DNA from: Octopus sinensis
Taxonomy: Eukaryota
Reading direction: 5' to 3'
NCBI RefSeq assembly: GCF_006345805.1
Contig: NC_042999.1
Coordinates: 98,580,001-98,644,000, forward strand
Length of the DNA stretch: 64,000 nt
In this document: positions 56,416-64,000 of the stretch, in pieces
How positions within the stretch are numbered: position 1 is the stretch's first letter
Layout of the letters: each line of letters opens with the position of its first letter
Notes under the pieces: model-generated
What the model was told of the DNA's origin: nothing
Seen by the model: only the letters and a program-made list of their open reading frames with translations
The model's database searches: none
Position numbers and translations under genes: made by a program

Positions 56416-57162
56416 GCTCTGGTGGAATTAAGCCAATCTTTGGATTGGTCGTATATTAACACTCGAGTGAGTGCAAGTGCTGATGCTTTAGAAGAATATA
56501 AATCCTTTTTGGAACAAGTAGCTCTTAGTGAAACGAAAATATGCATATCAATGGAAGAACCCGCCAGTATTAACCAACAAAGTCAATCCTCGACAGTTCT
56601 CTTCTTTAACAATGGATTAACTAACTCCGGACAACACGAAGCTGCTATGCTCAGCGATGCCACAAGTAAAATTACACTTTTCATTTCGGATAGTAATTCA
56701 GATCTAAAACAGATCGTCTTAAACGCAACAACGAATGGACTTCTACTACGTGAAGATTTGCCACCCCTAAAGAACTTTCCATTGGCTGATGTCCTTGTAA
56801 ATAGATCAAACTTAATGATCGACCAGGCTGGCGAAATTTCTCGTCATTGGCTTACCCAAAACCATTTCTGTAAAATAAACAACGATGTCCTTGGTAATTG
56901 TGATGTTCCTAATATTCAGAGCGTTTTGTCGGAGGCTTTGAACTTGAAATCTATCCATGGTGTGATTAAAGCTATTAAAATGCTATCTGGTGATTCTAAT
57001 GTCACTTTAAACGACTCAACAACAGCAAATAACAATGTTACAAATATCACAAGAGCAGACGATAGCTGGAATGACGTTTTCAAAATGTCGAATATCGAGA
57101 ACATTTGGGAAATGAACACGGATTTCAGTCTATTTGCTACTGTCGGACCTGTTTTTGAAAAG
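56416..57162 (+). CDS. Coding exon 4 of class C GPCR-like gene (rest of Venus-flytrap / ANF_receptor-type domain)
   Basis: ttttcttgtcttttacag| acceptor, phase 0; 249 open codons of non-repetitive sequence. 'ALVELSQSLDWSYI...KICIS' matches class C 'A.VD....F.W.YV...ICIA'; 'WLTQNHFCKIN...NCD' matches the 'W...F.C....C' pattern; many N-X-S/T sequons; donor AAG|gtaggt at 57163. Confidence 0.85.
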
Positions 57163-57668
57163 GTAGGTTGCTAATGTAACTGTAAACTAGTTTAAAGGAA
57201 TAATGGTGAAGTGGCAAAATGAAAGATACACTATTTGTAGAATTCCAATATTTTACATTGAATAAAAGTAGTATTCAAAGATATTTACATATATAGAATG
57301 TCTGCATGGACAGCTCAGCGTATAAATTGTAGAAATTAAACTCTCATTTCAAAAGGTTCTTATTCTAGTTTTAAAATAATCCTTAGAGGCAACTATCATA
57401 TGAGATAATAATAGCTAGTCGATAAAAGATGAATAAAAACCAATATTTTTTCTAAATTCAATAAATAAAGATATAACTAATAAAGAACTTAAAATACACA
57501 AACTCGTACGTAATATTGTTCGTGTTACTTTGACATATTACACAAAGCTATTTATCCTTTTCTTACTAATGCCAAAAAGTATCATTCATATGTGTGTGTG
57601 TATGTGTGTGGGTGTGTGTGTGTATGTGTGTGGGTGTGTGTATGTGTGTGTGTGTGTGTGTGTCTGTA

Positions 57669-58944
57669 CAGGGATTGTACAAAATAATGGAAACACCTAG
57701 CATCATAGCATCATAACTTTGAAATATATAAAAAAAAACGTCAAAAGCTTGTTTATTTTTATGTTTTTTTTTATTTAATATTAGTTTTGCTTAATATGTT
57801 TTGCTAAAATTACTGTTTCTTTTCAAATATCATTAGAAAAAAGTAATTAAAATTCATTTAAAATGACAGATCTATCGGACTTTCAAAAAGGTCAAATTGT
57901 TGGTGCTCGTATGGCAGGCGCTAGCGTAATGATAACAGCCGAAATGTTTGGTGTATCAAGAAGTGCTGTCTCGAAAGTAATGACAGCCTTTGAGAAAGAG
58001 GGGAAAACCTCCTCGTCGAAATCGGAAGAAAACCAAAACTTTCAGATAGGGACTTCGGACTCTTACGCGAATTGCTAGAAAGGATCACTAAAGTACAGTT
58101 CCCAAAATTACTGCAGAGCTTAATGACCACCTCGAGAACCCAGTTTCCACAAAAACTGTTCGCCGGGAGCTGCACAAAGCCGAATTTTGCGGGAGGGTTT
58201 CAATCAGAAAACCACTACTTTCAAAAACAAACGTTGCAAAGCATTTAGAGTAGTGTAGAAACCTACAGAATTGGTCCCTAGAGCAGTGGAAGAATGCTAT
58301 TTTCTTGGACGGGACATCCTTTACTTTATTTCCGACCACCAGCCGAGTATACGTGTGGAGACAGCCAAAAGAAGCATTTGACACAGACTGCCTTCTTCCA
58401 ACTGCTAAACACGGAGGAGGATCTGTGATGATCTGTTGGGGTGGGGCTATATCTTGGAAATCCGCTGGCCCAATGGTTTCCTTTCATGGCAGAATTAATA
58501 GTCAAGACTATTTACGCATTTTATCCTATCAAATTCATCCTATGGTTGCGGAACTGTTTCCGGAGGGAAACGCAATCTTTCAGGATGATAATGCACCAAT
58601 TCTCACAGCTAAAGTTGTTACTGAATGGCACGAGGATCATTCTATTGAAGTTGAACATCTTATCTGGCCACCACAGTCTCCAGATTCCAATATTATTGAA
58701 TATTTATGGTGCATTTTAGAAAAACAAGTAAGGAGTCGATATCCTCCACCATCATCACTTCAAGAAATGGAAACTGTTTTAGCTGAAGAATGGACAAAAA
58801 TTCCTTTGGAAACAATTCGAACTTTGTACGAGTGCATACCTCGTAGAATTCAAGCTGCAATTACTGCCAAAGGTGATCCTACCCCATATTAAAATAAATG
58901 TGTTTGAAATTTTAAGGTGTTTCCATTATTTTGTCCAACTCCTG
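57669..58944 (+). mobile_element. Tc1-like DNA transposon, copy 1, defective, DD36E spacing
   Basis: TA on both sides; 30-bp TIRs CAGGGATTGTACAAAATAATGGAAACACCT vs (revcomp) CAGGAGTTGGACAAAATAATGGAAACACCT (27/30). Transposase from ATG 57863 (MTDLSDFQKGQIVGAR..., HTH) to TAA 58892 with KHGGGSVM, FQDDNAP, WPPQSPD.NIIE; frameshifts near 58020-58060 and in-frame TAA/TAG stops. Confidence 0.95.
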
Positions 58945-59118
58945 TATGTATATATATATATATATATATATACGTATGAATGACACTTCCTATTACAGAA
59001 AGTTTGTTTGCATGTGTGTGAGAGAGCGGTGGGGTGAGAGTGTAAGTGTATGTGTGTGTGTGTGTGTGTGTATGTGTGTGGGTGTGTGTATGTGTGTGTG
59101 TGTGTGTGTGTGTCTGTA

Positions 59119-60393
59119 CAGGGATTGTACAAAATAATGGAAACACCTAGCATCATAGCATCATAACTTTGAAATATATAAAAAAAAACGTCAAAAGCTT
59201 GTTTATTTTTATGTTTTTTTTTATTTAATATTAGTTTTGCTTAATATGTTTTGCTAAAATTACTGTTTCTTTTCAAATATCATTAGAAAAAAGTAATTAA
59301 AATTCATTTAAAATGACAGATCTATCGGACTTTCAAAAAGGTCAAATTGTTGGTGCTCGTATGGCAGGCGCTAGCGTAATGATAACAGCCGAAATGTTTG
59401 GTGTATCAAGAAGTGCTGTCTCGAAAGTAATGACAGCCTTTGAGAAAGAGGGGAAAACCTCCTCGTCGAAATCGGAAGAAAACCAAAACTTTCAGATAGG
59501 GACTTCGGACTCTTACGCGAATTGCTAGAAAGGATCACTAAAGTACAGTTCCCAAAATTACTGCAGAGCTTAATGACCACCTCGAGAACCCAGTTTCCAC
59601 AAAAACTGTTCGCCGGGAGCTGCACAAAGCCGAATTTTGCGGGAGGGTTTCAATCAGAAAACCACTACTTCAAAAACAAACGTTGCAAAGCATTTAGAGT
59701 AGTGTAGAAACCTACAGAATTGGTCCCTAGAGCAGTGGAAGAATGCTATTTTCTTGGACGGGACATCCTTTACTTTATTTCCGACCACCAGCCGAGTATA
59801 CGTGTGGAGACAGCCAAAAGAAGCATTTGACACAGACTGCCTTCTTCCAACTGCTAAACACGGAGGAGGATCTGTGATGATCTGTTGGGGTGGGGCTATA
59901 TCTTGGAAATCCGCTGGCCCAATGGTTTCCTTTCATGGCAGAATTAATAGTCAAGACTATTTACGCATTTTATCCTATCAAATTCATCCTATGGTTGCGG
60001 AACTGTTTCCGGAGGGAAACGCAATCTTTCAGGATGATAATGCACCAATTCTCACAGCTAAAGTTGTTACTGAATGGCACGAGGATCATTCTATTGAAGT
60101 TGAACATCTTATCTGGCCACCACAGTCTCCAGATTCCAATATTATTGAATATTTATGGTGCATTTTAGAAAAACAAGTAAGGAGTCGATATCCTCCACCA
60201 TCATCACTTCAAGAAATGGAAACTGTTTTAGCTGAAGAATGGACAAAAATTCCTTTGGAAACAATTCGAACTTTGTACGAGTGCATACCTCGTAGAATTC
60301 AAGCTGCAATTACTGCCAAAGGTGATCCTACCCCATATTAAAATAAATGTGTTTGAAATTTTAAGGTGTTTCCATTATTTTGTCCAACTCCTG
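59119..60393 (+). mobile_element. Tc1-like DNA transposon, copy 2 (tandem duplicate of copy 1)
   Basis: Same TIRs, same lesions and same flank as copy 1; the only difference I noticed is one fewer T in ctactt(t)caaaaac (offset changes from 1450 to 1449). Confidence 0.95.
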
Positions 60394-62239
60394 TATGTAT
60401 ATATATATATATATATATATACGTATGAATGACACTTCCTATTACAGAAAGTTTGTTTGCATGTGTGTGAGAGAGCGGTGGGGTGAGAGTGTAAGTGTAT
60501 GTGTGTGTGTGTGTGTATAAAAGCTTCTGTAAAGTTTCCATCCGCCAAATTCTATTCTAAATGTATGGCTTAAACCGAAGCTATATCAAAAGACGTGAAG
60601 ACACTTGCCCAAATTTCTGAACAGCTTCGCAAAATTACTTTCTTCTTGTAATGAACGTATCGAACAGTGTTGTCTTATGAAAACACGTGCATCGAAGTTC
60701 AAGTTGCCCTAGGAATCATAAAGATAAAACTTAAAAGCATTAATAGCACTGCAGATGGTAAAATCAATGAGGAGGACGGCAACAATACCAAAGGGTATTT
60801 AACTGCATCACTTCAGTTTTTTAACTCGCTTCCTGCTGAAAACATCTTGGCCTTTCATCCGATCCGGGATCAATGTGATTCCGTGCAAATATAAGAAATC
60901 AATAATATTCTCCACCATGACGTATTCAACAGCTGGCGTGGGAGAATATTATCCTTTCCTGTTCATTTTTTAGTAAATATTTGCTCACACTGAGTGTATC
61001 TGCCCAAAACATATCCTTATACAAGGATACACCTACAGACACACATAGACGGATAAACAGATAGACACACACACATACATACCCACTTACATATGCATCA
61101 TATGCATGCACATGCGCACGTACACTTTCACACACAAACACACATATGGATTCCTGAATGTTTGCGCTTTCAAACGAAGATAAGAGTAGCCAATACAGAA
61201 AGTTGAGTTTTGTGTGTTTCTGAAGCTGAAGTTTCTTAAATCATTACTTTCGGTCTCATATTTCAAACGATTCAAAAAGCAAAGCAGAGTAAAAATATGT
61301 AAGCAAAAATAGGTAGAAAAACACGTTAGAAAATGAATCGTACAATCGACTTTTCAATTGTCCTACAGAAGAACGTACACAAATATGCAATATTTTCAAA
61401 TTTTTAATATCATAAATGTAAAACTCCTGAAAAAACGGAAGTCGGTTATCGGTGACGCAGTTTTCGTGCTGGTGAAACAACCAATTCTAACAAGTTGGTA
61501 TTTGGAAATTTTCTCCACGAGTATCGTTATAAGTGTTTGAAAGACTTCGCACATTCCAATCTATTGGTCACAATTACCAAAGTGGTAATAGAATGCTATA
61601 TTTCTCCTAGAGACATTAGTAACCCAATATCATATCTTGGGTAATTGATGTAGAAGGACGTTCGTTCTCTAATGGATCCATCAATTTTATAATTCATAAT
61701 ATTATTCAATAGACTCCTGATATATTTGTGCAATAAGATGGTCTTTCTGAGTGTCTGAATACGTAAATATTTTTTAAGATTTCTTTTTTAAAGGAATTTT
61801 TGTTAAGGCCGATGTAGCTTTCTGTTTCACTGTTATTTTCAAGAGAACTTATTTCAATAAGCTAACCCGTTGAGCGAAGCCGTTGCAGTTATACAGAGGA
61901 AGAATTTTTGCGTTCTTACTGATGAATTTTCTTCTGATTTTGGTTGAGTTGTCGCTCCCGTTACCGTTATTTCTATCAAAGATATTTTAATGTTTATGGT
62001 AAACAGCTAAATGCTTATTTATAAGGTTTACGAAAATCGTGACAACACTGGGGCAAACATTTAAGCTATATGAAGTTGTATACCATAGAATATTTTGTTT
62101 CATTTGTTCTTTAGTATTAGTGCTTTTCTGCATATAATGTATTCTTTGTGCAATTGTCTTTTAATGCATCATTGTATCATGTGCTATATAGTTAAAAGAT
62201 TCTTCATCAAAGCATAAACTGAATATTCATTTACCGATA

Positions 62240-62620
62240 TTATTAACTGAGTTTCTAAGCATTATTGCGAAATAACTGGAATTTATATGAACATATTGCA
62301 ATTTCACATTTAGTTTGTTATAGAAGCCATGTTTAACAGCATCCATATCTAGAATTAGATTAGTATCTACAGTGATCTTTAATTCTTTGTGCGTTGAATA
62401 TATTGATGAACTCCTTTCTAAATGTAACCATTGTGTTGCCATTCATGCTTCGCAAAAGGAATAAACCATTATAACACCAAAGATTGCATTCTATGCAGCA
62501 GAATATCTTTCCAAGTATGTCTAAGACGCACAATCCTATCAAGTGAGTGACCAACATGTCTAAGACGCATAATCCTATAAAGTGAGTGACCAACATAGAC
62601 ACATAGTCCATTTCCATAAC
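62240..62620 (-). pseudogene. Penelope-like element reverse transcriptase relic
   Basis: Minus frames give 'LIGLCVLD...CNLWCYNGLFLLRSMNG...RKEFINIF' and 'ELKITVDTNLILDM...FYNK...LQYVHINSSY', resembling PLE RT 'ELVGLY.L...GLYRDDGL...RK.I..F...LKIT..NL...NFLD...Y.K....Y....SNH'; internal 39-bp tandem duplication 62517-62594. Confidence 0.6.
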
Positions 62621-64000
62621 TGTAACATTCGATTCCTGGTCATTACATTTAACACAAAAGCATTTTTCGTGAAATATCAAAGACTTCGTAGCATACATAA
62701 TAATGATAATATTGATTTCAAATATTGGCACAAGGTCAGCAATTTCGGGAGAGATGTAAGTCGATTACAACGACTCCAGTGCTCCACTGGTACTTATTTT
62801 ATCGACCCCGATAGGATGAAAAGTAAAGTCGACCTCGGCAGAAAGTGAACTCAGAGCGTAAAGACGGACGAAACGCTGCTAGGCATTTTGCTCGGCGTGC
62901 TAACGATTCTGCCAGCTCACCACCTTATATATACTAATAATATTAGTGTTTGAGTCACTAACTGGAATAAAACTTCAACCGAATTCTGAGGCTTTTACAA
63001 GAAGGGAAATAAGTATAGACGGATAAAACTCTACTACATTAAACTGTATAAATTTACCAAGGGGGTTTATTATCTCACGAACCACCTCATAACTGGTAAG
63101 CTATTATTCCATAGTGAAAATGAAAATACTTGTTAAATACTGCAAATTATGGAATCTAAAATATTTAAACTAAACTTACTTATCTAACTTTTTCCGGATT
63201 TATTAATCTATATTACGGTTTGGAAAAATATTATTTCTATGATCCTTATAAGTAATATATGACTCACGTTACGCAAAATATGCTTTGCTGTATATTTTTA
63301 GGTTCGAAGCTATTCATTTTGCACTTCTAAATTAATACCAGGGTAAGGATTAGAGTTGGTTTTCTTGTAGATATTGTAATATTATTGGAGAGGCGCCTGT
63401 GGTATGAGAAGTTATAAGTTTCGCTCAAATGTTTCGTTTCTTCCGAAGAAATATGCATGCATTGCCAAGTTTTTAATTGTTTTAAATCTCTGTTTAATAT
63501 GTCTCCCGTCGATATTTACCGATGAATTTCCAAGTATTAACTGGCTGAAAAAATGTTTAATTTCCGCAAAATTAAATGTTGGATAAATATTCAAAATTTT
63601 CATTCAGTTATTCGTCCTCACTAAAACTGCATTAATAGTAACCACCTTGCTTTTGTGTGTTTTACTTATATGATAAAGCAGGCAAGAAAAAATAATAAAA
63701 CCACGTGTTGCTGCATGTGAATTGGTGAATATATCACAAACTTTGCTTATAACAATTGGGTAGATGAATATGTGGCAATTTTCTAACACTGTTTTGAATA
63801 CCAATCAAATTGCAACGACTAATTATATTTCAATGTATTGCAAATATCTTTGTTTATATATTATATCGCACCACTTTTTTCGTTCAATCGTTTGAATAAT
63901 CGGTAATCGGAAACATGAAACTCAAATTAACGGTTCAAGAGACTTTCATTTCTAATTCATCACAGTTCAGCCTGTCTTTTAGGGGTTATCTGTTTAGGGC

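Larger units (their letters stand above)
57600..60515. repeat. Tandem duplication, ~1450 bp unit (Tc1 element + flank), bounded by (TG)n tracts
   Basis: Element and the downstream flank 'acgtatgaatgacacttcctattacagaaag...gtgtaagtg' both occur twice. Confidence 0.9.

Noticed and set aside
60667-60894. 75-aa ORF as the next GPCR exon
   Set aside because: No Cys-rich NCD3G pattern and no good acceptor/donor.

Overview
AT-rich, microsatellite-dense eukaryotic genomic DNA. Its SINE content looks octopus/cephalopod (inferred from recall of octopus OK/OR-type tRNA SINEs, not from a database search). One spliced + strand gene can be rebuilt from four phase-compatible GT-AG coding exons (14480-14753, 53870-53965, 55123-55283, 56416-57162; 426 aa; ~39.1 kb first intron). 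It encodes a signal peptide plus a very divergent Venus-flytrap domain of class C (mGluR/CaSR-like) GPCR type; the cysteine-rich and 7TM exons were not found in the window. The rest is repeats: three tRNA-derived SINE families (one forming multimers), an unclassified dispersed family, mariner and hAT MITEs, and CR1-, Penelope-, maT- and pogo-like relics. There is also a tandem pair of dead Tc1-like elements with DD36E spacing, and three near-identical tandem duplications bounded by (TG)n. The most unusual structure is at 34629-35159: a head-to-head inverted dimer of a tRNA-headed element whose tails carry Penelope-type minimal hammerhead ribozyme motifs, flanked by a 15-bp direct repeat. Most ORFs in the supplied track are microsatellite artefacts.
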